Source: Thermoplasmata archaeon
GTDB taxonomy: Archaea > Thermoplasmatota > Thermoplasmata > Thermoplasmatales > GCA-001856825
DNA length: 64,000 nucleotides
NCBI GenBank assembly: GCA_021792255.1
Contig: JAJYUZ010000001.1
Location: 416,001-480,000, forward strand
Direction: 5' to 3'
The translations under genes and the position numbers were made by a program. The notes below the pieces were generated by a model that was given only the letters and a program-made list of their open reading frames with translations, was not told the origin of the DNA and did no database searches. Shown here in pieces: positions 19,954 to 29,337 of the stretch; within the stretch, counting starts at the first letter, position 1, and the number at the start of each line of letters is the position of its first letter.

Positions 19954-21099
19954 TTGCTTATGAAGAAGATACCGGCGTTGCTAGTGACAGTTATATTGAT
20001 TGTGTTGACCCTTTCCATAACAAATTTTGTTGCCCCTACGTATTCTTCTTTAGGTCACAGCGACAATGGAAATTATCCGGCCGTCTCTCAGGCATCTTAC
20101 TATAATGGCACAAAGGCGGTGGACTATGGGCTTATGGTTCACACCGATTACATTCACAAAGCGTACTATCCAGCAGGAATTAATCAGTCGATTCTTCAGA
20201 AGAACTTGGATTACTTTAATTCAGAGGACTGTGCCCATTTTGTCTCGGAATCTCTAATCGCGGGAGGACTCACAGTGTTGGCAAGCAATCCACCGGGGGA
20301 CAATTTGACCAGCTACGATCAAGGATACTTTGGGAACGGGAGCTATGGAATTGTAGGAGTATACAGACTCGCTGATTGGCTTGCGGGATACGACCTGCCA
20401 ATCTTCCCTAACAATGCTACGGACGAGCAAACTATCGGATATTATCCAATCCCAGCGTCCTACGCTGGCAGCCCACAAGCGACCATGTTCTATGTTTTCA
20501 ACTATACGATGTTCCCATCATATTTCCTTTCACCGGGTGACGTGGTCATGGATGGAGGCGCGGGAGGCGGTCACGCAATGCTATACATCGGAAACGGACA
20601 GGTTGTCCAAACGGACCCCGCTGCGATATGGAATTATTCCCCTGCCGTGGACAATAATATCACTTTTTATGGTATATTGAGCTACTTTGGAAAGAATGTT
20701 TCTTCGCTGTACGTTCATATTCCTACTTTTGGTGAAAAGAGCGTAAGAATATCGGTACTGAACGACAATACGAACATAACAGGAAACCTCTCTGCAGTCA
20801 AGGCTGGAGAAAAACTGACGTTTATTGGCTCTTTCCCGAACGGAGTTGGTGAAGGGAATTACACCTATCAATGGATCGTTAACGGAAAATCAATGTCCAA
20901 TAGTCAGTTCTTTAACCTCACTCCATCATCGGGAACGTACAACATTGAAGTCGTATCCACCGGTTCAACTGGATCTGTAAATACGTCTATGTCATTTACG
21001 ATTGGTGGTAGTTCAACAACGACAACCATTCTGGTTGTTGGATTGGTAATTGTGGTAGCAGCTGTCTCTGCAATATTCCTCTTCAAAAGGAGAAAATGA
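19954..21099 (+). CDS. Secreted, C-terminally anchored Amidase_6/NlpC-P60-superfamily Cys hydrolase
   Basis: Signal peptide, AVDYG, DCAHFVSESLIAGG (Cys), PGDVV..GHAMLYIGNG (His), Ig/PKD-like segment, Ser/Thr linker, TM helix and KRRK. Confidence 0.7.
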   Translation: MLMKKIPALLVTVILIVLTLSITNFVAPTYSSLGHSDNGNYPAVSQASYYNGTKAVDYGLMVHTDYIHKAYYPAGINQSILQKNLDYFNSEDCAHFVSESLIAGGLTVLASNPPGDNLTSYDQGYFGNGSYGIVGVYRLADWLAGYDLPIFPNNATDEQTIGYYPIPASYAGSPQATMFYVFNYTMFPSYFLSPGDVVMDGGAGGGHAMLYIGNGQVVQTDPAAIWNYSPAVDNNITFYGILSYFGKNVSSLYVHIPTFGEKSVRISVLNDNTNITGNLSAVKAGEKLTFIGSFPNGVGEGNYTYQWIVNGKSMSNSQFFNLTPSSGTYNIEVVSTGSTGSVNTSMSFTIGGSSTTTTILVVGLVIVVAAVSAIFLFKRRK

Positions 21100-21182
21100 G
21101 TTGGCGATTGGTGAAAGAGAACTTCGCGCGCATAATACCTCTCGAATGAGGAAGGACAAGCTTACTCTAGATACGGTGAAGT

Positions 21183-22319
21183 ATGAAGACTAGCGAAACG
21201 TATGCATTCTCTACGATATATACCGGACAAGGGATAGTCCACAGGGGATTCCTGAAGATAATCGACGGATCGATTGAGGAATTAGGTGAGGCTCCTCAGA
21301 ATTCCATTGACCTCACGGATAGGATTGCAGTCCCCGGATTCATAGATATACACACTCATGGAATTAATGGAATCGACTCCTTCAACCTGACGAAGACAGA
21401 GCTCCTAGAGTGGAGCCAATTGTTACTAGAAAGGGGGACACTGGGATTTGTGCCGACTATCGTTTCTGCTCCTATTGAGAAGATAAAGGGTTTCTTGGGA
21501 GTCTTAAAGAGTTCTGAAGGATCTGAAAACGGAGCCGAAATAATTGGAGGAAGAATGGAAGGGCCCTTCATAAGTCATGTCAGGAAGGGAGCACACGATC
21601 CGTCTTTACTCAGAGTTCCTGCGAATACCAATTTTCAAGCAATCTTGTCGCAATTCAAAGGAATTCTTAAGATTGTAGACATTGCACCCGAACTGGACGG
21701 AGCTGGAGAGCTAATTTCAGAACTGGTCAGAGAAGACGTGGTGGTATCAATCGGTCACACGGATTGCGATTCCGTCACCGCGAAACGCGCATTTGCCTTG
21801 GGAGCGACGCTGGTGACGCACCTGTACAATGCGATGCGACCATTTCATCATCGATTCCCCGGGGCAATTGACTTCGCATTGTTAGAGAAGAATGTTATGG
21901 CAGAGATTATCTGTGATCTCGTTCACGTATCTCCTGAAGCAATCAAACTCGCCATCAGTAATAAAGGAGCAAAAAGAATTGTGCTTATTACTGACTCGAC
22001 GCCAGCAACTGGCAGGCCCGATGGAAAATACAAACTAGGTCGACTTGATGTTCTAAAACAGGGAGATAAGTGCACGATAAGTGGGACAGAGACGCTGGCA
22101 GGAAGTGTACTCACCATGGATAGAGCAGTCAAGAATCTAGTAGACTTAAAATATGATCTGGATGAGGTGGTCAAGATGTCTTCAAAAAATCCTGCTACCT
22201 TACTCGGAAGGAAAGACTTGGGCAGTATAAAGAAAGGGAAAAAGGCCAATATTACAATTCTGGACAAATCCCTAAGAGTAAGAGGTGTCGTTTCCAGGGG
22301 TGCGCTGATAGAGTTCTAG
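21183..22319 (+). CDS. nagA: N-acetylglucosamine-6-phosphate deacetylase
   Basis: PGFIDIHTHG, EGPF, APE, GHT, HLYNAM, LITDS, LAGS. Confidence 0.95.
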   Translation: MKTSETYAFSTIYTGQGIVHRGFLKIIDGSIEELGEAPQNSIDLTDRIAVPGFIDIHTHGINGIDSFNLTKTELLEWSQLLLERGTLGFVPTIVSAPIEKIKGFLGVLKSSEGSENGAEIIGGRMEGPFISHVRKGAHDPSLLRVPANTNFQAILSQFKGILKIVDIAPELDGAGELISELVREDVVVSIGHTDCDSVTAKRAFALGATLVTHLYNAMRPFHHRFPGAIDFALLEKNVMAEIICDLVHVSPEAIKLAISNKGAKRIVLITDSTPATGRPDGKYKLGRLDVLKQGDKCTISGTETLAGSVLTMDRAVKNLVDLKYDLDEVVKMSSKNPATLLGRKDLGSIKKGKKANITILDKSLRVRGVVSRGALIEF

Positions 22320-22353
22320 TAATGTCTAATATTATGTTGGCTATGCGATAATC

Positions 22354-23196
22354 ATGCCTGAAAGGGAAAGATTGCCAGACACCGAAAAGTCAAATCCTAG
22401 AACAACGAACATCCCTGAACTTTCAACCTATGAAATCGTCAATCTGATTCATTCGGAGGACATCAGTGCATTTAGAGCCATTGACGGCACAACAAGACCC
22501 ATTTCTAAAGTCATAGATTCTTGTTTCAAAAAACTAATGATGGGTGGAAGGGTTGTGTATGTTGGATCTGGCACCAGTGGCAGAATCGGAGCACAAGACG
22601 CGATTGAAATGTGGCCAACGTATGGACTGGGTAAGGAGACATTTGATTATGTGATAGCAGGAGGTGAACGAGCCCTGACCAGGTCAATCGAAGGTGCAGA
22701 AGACTCAAGAGAAAGTGCGGTAGAAATGATCGAGAAGAAAAACATTACTGCTAACGACTGTGTAATAGGTATTACCGCATCTGGCCGAACGCCATTCGTG
22801 TTCGGAGCTTTGGAGAGCGCATCTAAAAAGGGAGCCTATACCGCTGCGATAGTGAATTCGAGAAATTCTCCATTGAAGGAAGTATCGAGAAATGTCATAT
22901 TCCTGAACACGGGAGAAGAAGTCATCCAGGGATCAACGAGAATGAAAGCTGCGACCGCTCAAAAGATGGTTCTGAACATAATCAGCACATCTCTTGCAAT
23001 CAAACTGGGACGAACTTACGGAAATCAAATGATTCATATGAAGGCGTCTTACAATGCAAAGCTAAGAAACAGGGCAGTCAGAATTCTAGCACAAAGGTTC
23101 GATATTTCTGTGATCGAAGCAGAGAAGAGACTCAAATCGCACAAGTACAACTTGAGCGAAACAGTAAAAGAGCTGGAACAGGTCAAGAGAGATTGA
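22354..23196 (+). CDS. murQ: N-acetylmuramic acid 6-phosphate etherase
   Basis: TEKSNP, GSGTSGRIGAQDAIE, EGAED, GITASGRTP, EVIQGSTRMKAATAQKMVLN. Confidence 0.95.
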   Translation: MPERERLPDTEKSNPRTTNIPELSTYEIVNLIHSEDISAFRAIDGTTRPISKVIDSCFKKLMMGGRVVYVGSGTSGRIGAQDAIEMWPTYGLGKETFDYVIAGGERALTRSIEGAEDSRESAVEMIEKKNITANDCVIGITASGRTPFVFGALESASKKGAYTAAIVNSRNSPLKEVSRNVIFLNTGEEVIQGSTRMKAATAQKMVLNIISTSLAIKLGRTYGNQMIHMKASYNAKLRNRAVRILAQRFDISVIEAEKRLKSHKYNLSETVKELEQVKRD

Positions 23197-24265
23197 GGAA
23201 TACCGTGTTGTGAAAGAGCCTCCTCAATCTTAAATTCTTAATATTCTCCCTCGTAGGATATACCCTGTTCGTCAGGAGAATACACGCCAACTTCATGTCA
23301 GAATTAATGCATATAGAGGTCCCCGTAAAACCAGTATGGCCGAAAGTACCGTATGGAGAAAATTCTCCCATGAAACCGTTGAAATCAAATGACTCGCTCT
23401 TTACTTCCGGCACTGGCACCTTCGTCATCCAACCCAGTCCAAACATTCCACCAAGATGTGCATTCTTATTCCTCGTTGCCAGTTCCCAAACACTCCTCTG
23501 TAGAAGCTCTCCATTCGCGAGAGAATGAATTATCCTGTTTATCTCTGAAGCGGTCGAAAATAGGCCCGCGTGTCCAGCGACCCCTCCGAGATAGTAAGAC
23601 TTTTCATCGTGCACTTTCCCCCACACCAAACCTCTTTCTTCTGTAACTTCGGTAGGAGCTATTCTTTCCTTGCTCTGATGGGGGTTAAATCCCGAGTTCT
23701 TGAGTCCGAGTTTTTCCGCTACTTCGTGTTTCCAAATCGTGTCAAGGGGCTTGTTGTGCAGTTCTTCCAGTACGAACCCGAGAAGTATGTAATTCAGGTC
23801 GCTGTAAAGCTCCTTCTTGTTCACAGTCGCCTTTTCTGCTTCTACTTCGATTCCAGAAAGATATGCCCTTCTGTCTCTTCCCGCGGTGTAGAGAGGTTTG
23901 TCTGGTATGAGCCCTGAAGTATGAGTCATCAGATTTTCTATGGTAAATTTCCCCAGATTCGGGAATTCTCCAAACAACCCGATATCAGCTATCGAATCCT
24001 TTAAGGATATCTTCCCTTTTGCGAGAAGCCTGCACATCAGCAGGGACGTCACCAGGGGTTTCGTTAGCGATGCTAGATCGAATATCGTGTCTTTGTTGTA
24101 GCTGAACCCCAGTTCGTCGATTTGTCCAAATGCGTTTTGATAAAGGACCTTTCCATCGAGAGAAACGAGGGCGCTCAAACCCCTTGTGGAGGAAGGTACA
24201 TTGTCGTGCAGCACCGAGTCGATTTCAGTGGAAAGCTTCTCTTCATCAATGGTACTCATATTCAA
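23183..24265 (-). CDS. Beta-lactamase-fold serine hydrolase, AmiE-like MurNAc-L-Ala amidase candidate
   Basis: FDLASLTK (SxxK), YSDLNY, GKVHDE, GVAGHAGLFS, GHTGFTG, LTNRVYP; no signal peptide. Confidence 0.8.
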   Translation of the reverse strand: MNMSTIDEEKLSTEIDSVLHDNVPSSTRGLSALVSLDGKVLYQNAFGQIDELGFSYNKDTIFDLASLTKPLVTSLLMCRLLAKGKISLKDSIADIGLFGEFPNLGKFTIENLMTHTSGLIPDKPLYTAGRDRRAYLSGIEVEAEKATVNKKELYSDLNYILLGFVLEELHNKPLDTIWKHEVAEKLGLKNSGFNPHQSKERIAPTEVTEERGLVWGKVHDEKSYYLGGVAGHAGLFSTASEINRIIHSLANGELLQRSVWELATRNKNAHLGGMFGLGWMTKVPVPEVKSESFDFNGFMGEFSPYGTFGHTGFTGTSICINSDMKLACILLTNRVYPTRENIKNLRLRRLFHNTVFLNLS

Positions 24266-24312
24266 CTATCTTCTATTGGTATTATAATCATTCTGATTTC
24301 AGCTCCTTCGAA

Positions 24313-25212
24313 TCACCTTGGTTTTAATAGATCCTTTTTCATTATTGTGAATCTTCTGGTCACCTTGAAACCAAATCTTGAATAGAGGTGAGTGGCCCGT
24401 TCGCTTGTCCACAAAAAGTAAGCGTGCTTCAGACCCAGCCCCTTCATGTTGTTCAACAATTGGGCTAGGATCAGTGCCCCTATCCCCTTTGATCTCTCTT
24501 TGTCCTCGACGCCGAATGGACCAAACCTTTCCCCCGGGGAGTACCACATGTCGCCCCTTCCAGCAGAAAACATTCCATAGCCAACTATTCTCCTTCCGAT
24601 TCTTGCAATCACAACTTGATCCTTGATTCCCATTTCAGCGACTCCCTTTGCACGATAGTAACAGTCGGAATTGAAGTTCTTTTCCACGAACGAAAGGAAC
24701 TTGGCCTCTTCACCTTGTCTGAGGGAGGAAACTTCAAACTCACTCGGCTCTATTTCTAAGTGCTGCATCTTTCCAATTTCTGCTTCCATGGAAATAGCCT
24801 CTTCGTGTGGGACGAAACCCAGCCTACCCAGTTCCCTTGCCAGCGAACGATACCTAACGGCGTCCACTCCTGGCATCAAGTAATTTGGTACCACATTAGA
24901 GTAGTATACCGTTTTCACTTTTCTATTGAGGAATTCTTCAAATTGCAAGTCCATTAATTTTCCAAAATTCTTCCTATCCTTGAATCCGCTCCCGAAGAAC
25001 CACCCCTTGTCGCTCTCGGAGGATTCGTAGTAGAATTTCTTCTTCCTAGTTACAGCGAGCGAGAATGCATCTTCCAGTGTAATCGGTAAAATGGGGTTCA
25101 AGTATTCGTCCTGAAGAAAGCTTCTTCGGATTTCCCGAGTCGTCACCGGATCGAGGCTATAAAATGAATTCCACTTTTTTTGAATTTCTTCTGCAGAATC
25201 ATTCTTACTCAT
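24313..25212 (-). CDS. GNAT N-acetyltransferase, possibly GlmA-like glucosaminide acetyltransferase
   Basis: FGPFGVEDKERSKGIG acetyl-CoA motif, LYSRFGF, NYLMPGV segment; 299 aa (tandem-GNAT size). Confidence 0.7.
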   Translation of the reverse strand: MSKNDSAEEIQKKWNSFYSLDPVTTREIRRSFLQDEYLNPILPITLEDAFSLAVTRKKKFYYESSESDKGWFFGSGFKDRKNFGKLMDLQFEEFLNRKVKTVYYSNVVPNYLMPGVDAVRYRSLARELGRLGFVPHEEAISMEAEIGKMQHLEIEPSEFEVSSLRQGEEAKFLSFVEKNFNSDCYYRAKGVAEMGIKDQVVIARIGRRIVGYGMFSAGRGDMWYSPGERFGPFGVEDKERSKGIGALILAQLLNNMKGLGLKHAYFLWTSERATHLYSRFGFKVTRRFTIMKKDLLKPR

Positions 25213-26185
25213 AGAGATAGCACGCCACTAGGTGGTCTTTTTCAACTTCTCTGAACTTAGGCCTCTCCTTCCTGCAGTTGTCCATTACGAATGGACACTT
25301 GTTCGCGTAACTGCATTCATTTTTCCCCTCGTTGACGTATTCAGATATCTGTCCCTTTGACTCGTCCAAATTCCACTTCTTCTTGGGATCGGGGACAGGT
25401 ATTGAATCTATCAGGGACTTAGTGTATGGATGCATGGGGTTGTTTATGATCCTGTCAGATTTGGCGACTTCCACCAGCTGACCGAGATGCATGACCGCAA
25501 TTCTATCCGAGACATATTGAGTGACTGCAATGTCGTGTGAGATGAACATCATTGATTTGCCAAACTTGCGTTTCAGATCCAGAAGAATATTTAGGATGTC
25601 GGCTCTCAGTGAAACATCAAGCATAGAAACTGGCTCATCGGCGATGATGAAGTCCGGATTGTTGATTACCGCCCTGGCTATACCTATTCTTTGCCTTTGA
25701 CCGCCACTCAGTTGGTTCGGGAATTTATTCAGGAACTGTTCCGCTGGTGTCAGGCCAACCATTTCTATGGTCTCGATCGCCTTATTCAGAACTTCTTCCT
25801 CTTTCAGTTCCTTGTGAAACACTCTGAGAGGCGTAACTATTGATTTATAGACTGAGATCACCGGGTTTAGAGAACTGTATGGGTCCTGGAAAATCATCTG
25901 TGTCTTTTCCCTGAAACCGAACAGCTGGCGCCCTGTGTATTTCATTATATTGTTACCATTGAAAATTATTTGTCCGGAATCGACGTCCATTAACTTCAAC
26001 AGCGCAAGTCCTAGAGTCGTCTTTCCACTGCCGCTCTCCCCTATGAGTCCGAAAATTTCGTGCTCTTTGATCTGCAGTTTGACCTGGTCCAGGGCTCGTG
26101 TTGTCCTGCTCTCTCTCCTTATGATCCCTCTCTTGTTGATGAAATCCTTCGTGAGTTCATTAGTTTCGATCGTACTACTTTCCAT
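25205..26185 (-). CDS. oppF: Oligopeptide ABC ATPase OppF
   Basis: GESGSGKT, LSGGQRQR, ADEPVSMLD, HPYT, C-terminal Cys cluster; start 26185 follows a GGTGA SD. Confidence 0.9.
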   Translation of the reverse strand: MESSTIETNELTKDFINKRGIIRRESRTTRALDQVKLQIKEHEIFGLIGESGSGKTTLGLALLKLMDVDSGQIIFNGNNIMKYTGRQLFGFREKTQMIFQDPYSSLNPVISVYKSIVTPLRVFHKELKEEEVLNKAIETIEMVGLTPAEQFLNKFPNQLSGGQRQRIGIARAVINNPDFIIADEPVSMLDVSLRADILNILLDLKRKFGKSMMFISHDIAVTQYVSDRIAVMHLGQLVEVAKSDRIINNPMHPYTKSLIDSIPVPDPKKKWNLDESKGQISEYVNEGKNECSYANKCPFVMDNCRKERPKFREVEKDHLVACYLYE

Positions 26186-26189
26186 CAGA

Positions 26190-27161
26190 TCACCTTCCAT
26201 AGAGATGACACGCGGCATAGTGTCCCTGTGAAACCATTTTCAATTCTGGCACCTCGTTCTTACACCTGTCGAATACGCTGTCGCACCTGTCCTTGAATGG
26301 GCATCCTTTAATTTCCTCTGAAAGATCTGGTGGAGTTCCTCTGATTCCCTTGACGGACTTCTCTTGTTCGAGAGATGGAATCGAGGCCAGTAGGGCCTTT
26401 GTATATGGATGCTGAGGACTGTCGAAGATTTCGTTAGATGGTCCACTTTCTGCAATCTTACCCGCGTACATCACATTGACTTTGTCTGCTATGTTAGCCA
26501 CCAGAGAAATATCGTGCGTAATGAAGATCAGTGAAATTGAAAGGTCATCCTTTAACTTGAGTAGCCTCGTCAGTATCTGTCTCTGAACCACTACGTCAAG
26601 GGCAGTCGTGGCCTCATCTGCTATTAGAATCTTAGGATCACAAGACAATGCCAGTGCTATGTTGACTCTTTGTTTCATCCCACCGCTCAACTCGTGAGGG
26701 AAAGATTTTCTAACGTTCTTGGTGAGCCCCGCAAGTTGAAGCATATAGTCGATCCTCTCGTCCACCTCATCTTCCTTGTACCCGTGTTCAACCATAACGT
26801 CCCCCATCTGATCCTCAATTCTCATTACTGGATTTAGTGAGTTCATAGCACTCTGGAATATCATAGAGACTTCTTTCCATCTGTACTTTCTGAGCGCGGA
26901 TGGTTTCATCTTTAAAACATCAGACTTCCCCTCACTCCCGTAGTACACAACTTTTCCACCCTTGATTTTCCCCGGATATTCGAGGAGTTTAAGGAAGGTC
27001 ATTGCCAGTGTGGATTTACCAGATCCGCTTTCACCCACTATCCCAATCACTTCTCCCTTGTTGACATCAAGACTGACGTGTGAAACGGCTTTTATTGTCC
27101 TATCAGGAAGTACGTAGTCTACGGAGAGATCGACCACTTCCATAATCGTTGAAGTCGTCAT
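26190..27161 (-). CDS. oppD: Oligopeptide ABC ATPase OppD
   Basis: GESGSGKS, PHELSGGMKQR, ADEATTALD, HPYT, CPFKDRC. Confidence 0.9.
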   Translation of the reverse strand: MTTSTIMEVVDLSVDYVLPDRTIKAVSHVSLDVNKGEVIGIVGESGSGKSTLAMTFLKLLEYPGKIKGGKVVYYGSEGKSDVLKMKPSALRKYRWKEVSMIFQSAMNSLNPVMRIEDQMGDVMVEHGYKEDEVDERIDYMLQLAGLTKNVRKSFPHELSGGMKQRVNIALALSCDPKILIADEATTALDVVVQRQILTRLLKLKDDLSISLIFITHDISLVANIADKVNVMYAGKIAESGPSNEIFDSPQHPYTKALLASIPSLEQEKSVKGIRGTPPDLSEEIKGCPFKDRCDSVFDRCKNEVPELKMVSQGHYAACHLYGR

Positions 27162-28063
27162 TTCCCATTCCCCTTTGAAGCTTTTGAAATTTCGTATATC
27201 GCATTCGATAGGAAATTAGCGCCAATTCCCAATATCACGATCCCCAATCCCGGGGGAAGTAGCCACCACCATGCTCTGTAAACGATTCCATCTTCGGCCT
27301 GGAAGAAATATAGCATGGTCCCCCAGTTCACAGACCTTAGGTCTCCAAGACCAAAAAAGGCAAGACCAGCTTGAGCTACTACTCCACCGACTGCCAAGAA
27401 TATCGCATTGATGAAGATTATAGGAAGGAGGTTCGGAAGGATATCTCTGATAATAATCTGCATTCCATTCAGCCCCGAGAGCTTTGAAGCCATGATGTAT
27501 GGTCTTTCTTTGAGAGACAGTGTTTGCGATCTTACTACCCTAGCAAGAAAAGGCCAACTCAAGATCGAGAGGACAAAAATCGTAGTTTCCAGAGTCGGTG
27601 GGAGAAATGCGGAAAGTATGACGAGCAAAGGAAATCCCGGGATCACCAGCAGAACGTCTACTGCCCTCATCAGTACGTCGTCGACCTGTCTTCCAAAGTA
27701 TCCTGCCACCACTCCAACTAGAACTCCTATGAAAGCAGAAAGGAGCGCGATGCTTAATCCCACGACCAGAGATGTTCCAGTACCGATGAGGAACCAAGAG
27801 AATATGTCAGCCCCTTCGTAATCGGTACCTAGCAGGTGTTGATAACTCGGTGGTTGGAAGGCTAGAGAGTTAGTGTTATAGGGCGAATACGGAGCAAAAA
27901 AGTATCCGAATATCGCAAGAAGACCCAATGCCGTCAGAATTATGAGACCCGCCCGTCCTTTTTTGTGCGACCATACTCCCTTCATGAAGCTCCTGAACCT
28001 GTTCATCGGGCTATTGCTTGCCAACGCCCTTTGTATTTCTTCCGCTCTTGCTTCGGACATCAT
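27158..28063 (-). CDS. oppC: Oligopeptide ABC permease OppC
   Basis: HLLGTD, RSQTLSLKERPY, WWWLLPPG. Confidence 0.9.
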   Translation of the reverse strand: MMSEARAEEIQRALASNSPMNRFRSFMKGVWSHKKGRAGLIILTALGLLAIFGYFFAPYSPYNTNSLAFQPPSYQHLLGTDYEGADIFSWFLIGTGTSLVVGLSIALLSAFIGVLVGVVAGYFGRQVDDVLMRAVDVLLVIPGFPLLVILSAFLPPTLETTIFVLSILSWPFLARVVRSQTLSLKERPYIMASKLSGLNGMQIIIRDILPNLLPIIFINAIFLAVGGVVAQAGLAFFGLGDLRSVNWGTMLYFFQAEDGIVYRAWWWLLPPGLGIVILGIGANFLSNAIYEISKASKGNGK

Positions 28064-29058
28064 TTTAAAACCACCCTTGGATCCAAATACGCATACAGCA
28101 AATCGACTATAAAATTGGCAATAATGGTAGTAAATGTAATCATGACGAAAATTCCCTCGATCAGAGGATAATCAGAGACCGTCACGGCATTGTATAGAAC
28201 ATATCCAATCCCGGGGTAAGAGAATACGACTTCGACCAGAAACGCACCTCCAACGATTGATGCAAACGCTAGTGCGACGCTGGTCGCAACAGGTAACCTG
28301 GCGTTCTTGTTCACATACTGTTTCCTTATCGTATTGTCACTAAGTCCTTTGGCCTTGGCAAGGAGAACATAGTCCTCGTCTAGCACAGTCACTACCGTAT
28401 TTCTCATCAGAAGTGCAAATCCCGTGAAAGACGTGATAACAAGAGTTATAATCGGGAGCGCAGAATGTCTGAGTACCGATAGGACGAATGGAAGATTAGT
28501 TCCAGGGGTTACCGTTATTCCATATCCCTGAGCCACAGGGAATATATGAAAACCATTGATCACAATCAGAACTGCAAAAACGAGTTGGAATATTAGAGCC
28601 AGCCAGAAGTATGGTACTGAAGTGAGAGATATAGAAAAGCCCTGCAAGAATGAATCGCTTGCGCCTCTCTTCCATCCTGAATAGGAGCCAATGAATATTC
28701 CTAACACGATTGAAATCATCAAAGAGGTACCTAGGAGAAACAGGGTCCAAGGGAGATGTGTCATAATCAATTGCGAGACGGGCTCTGGATAATAATAGAA
28801 CGAAGGTCCAAAGTTTCCATGAATAAGGGACCCCCAAAATCCGACATATTGTTGCCACAGGGTACCTCCAAGATGGAGTTCGCTCTCGATTATCTTGAGC
28901 TGGTATGGATTTATGCGCCCTGCATATTTTGTAAGCAAAACATCCATAACTGGATTTCCCGGTACAGCCCTAGGAAGAAGAAAGACAAGGGTCAAAGCAA
29001 TGAAAAGAGTGATCGCCATATATATGGTTCTGCGTATAAGATACCGAAGCGTTATCAT
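28060..29058 (-). CDS. oppB: Oligopeptide ABC permease OppB
   Basis: PGNP, EDYVLLAKAKGL, VEVVFSYPGIG, DYPLIEG, LDPRV. Confidence 0.9.
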   Translation of the reverse strand: MITLRYLIRRTIYMAITLFIALTLVFLLPRAVPGNPVMDVLLTKYAGRINPYQLKIIESELHLGGTLWQQYVGFWGSLIHGNFGPSFYYYPEPVSQLIMTHLPWTLFLLGTSLMISIVLGIFIGSYSGWKRGASDSFLQGFSISLTSVPYFWLALIFQLVFAVLIVINGFHIFPVAQGYGITVTPGTNLPFVLSVLRHSALPIITLVITSFTGFALLMRNTVVTVLDEDYVLLAKAKGLSDNTIRKQYVNKNARLPVATSVALAFASIVGGAFLVEVVFSYPGIGYVLYNAVTVSDYPLIEGIFVMITFTTIIANFIVDLLYAYLDPRVVLK

Positions 29059-29337
29059 TTCAATGTTATTAGCTCATGTGATATAGTCCTTTTTGAACCT
29101 GAACTTACCCTCCCCTCACTTCAATCTCATAGTCGTATACTTTGGTGACGAACCTAAAAATTAAGATCGGAGGTGCTCGTCTATCTAAGATAATTCTAAT
29201 TGCGAGTTTTCATAATTTAAATTTTAATTGAAATGCGTTCTTAACGACCCACTTTTTTAACTGTTTTAAGTGGGGTTTAAGTAGTTTATCTCTTAAAAGA
29301 CCAGAAATCTATAAATTCAGGATGTATTATAAAGTCT

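Noticed and set aside
23183-24265. Antibiotic-resistance beta-lactamase
   Set aside because: Archaea lack the beta-lactam target; motifs and context fit an AmiE-like murein amidase better.
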